From Octopus sinensis (lineage: Eukaryota), in contig NW_021823842.1 of the NCBI RefSeq assembly GCF_006345805.1, positions 1 through 20,810 of the forward strand: 20,810 nucleotides of DNA, in the 5' to 3' direction. The notes beneath the pieces are model-generated. The model was not told the DNA's origin. It made no database searches and saw only the letters and a program-made list of their open reading frames with translations. Positions 20,467 through 20,810 of the stretch are shown piece by piece (the stretch's first letter is position 1; each line of letters begins with the position of its first letter). The translations under genes were made by a program, and so were the position numbers.

Positions 20467-20810
20467 ATATCCGTTAAACAGAACGTACGTTTAATAGAAC
20501 CTACCTACACGACAGCATAAGCTAGAAATTAGAGCGTTGTAATTTAGAACACTGGTTCTTTGGTGATGTTAACAGATTCAAGGCTTATATATACTGAAAG
20601 CAAAATATTTGTTAACTTTATGATTATTGTATGTCAAACGATGCATGTTCATATTGTGTTAAATATATCAGGTGTACCATGCATAGTCGAACGTATTACA
20701 ATCGCATGGTTGTATAAATATAGTAATGTATAGACATATATATTGAACCCGGTCTTGCGCACACGTACACGCCAGTGTATATGTGTGTGTGCGTGTATGT
20801 GTATGTATAC

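Overview
Repeat-dense, AT-rich eukaryotic DNA with no recognisable host gene. The SINE style and the abundant TA/CA microsatellites suggest a cephalopod (Octopus-like) genome; this is an inference. Ordinary content: a decayed Helitron Pif1-helicase fragment split by a SINE, about 15 tRNA-derived SINE copies or fragments, two TIR MITEs, a small non-autonomous Helitron and a probable LINE 3' end. The most interesting signal is a set of hammerhead ribozyme (HHR) motifs in non-coding elements embedded in (TA)n tracts. (i) An array of ~530-bp units (4.8 copies, a fold-back, then 2 inverted copies; 3283-6895), each unit carrying a type I HHR with an unusually long stem II. (ii) A second, otherwise unrelated long-stem-II HHR in both arms of a 153-bp fold-back (14839-15148). 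(iii) A minimal Penelope-type HHR with a core mutation (13811-13845). Three elements share the layout (TA)n - long arm - short spacer - shorter inverted arm - (TA)n. Nearly all listed ORFs are microsatellite or SINE artefacts; only the Pif1 fragments look like real, dead coding sequence. All structures were paired by eye, and activity is untested.
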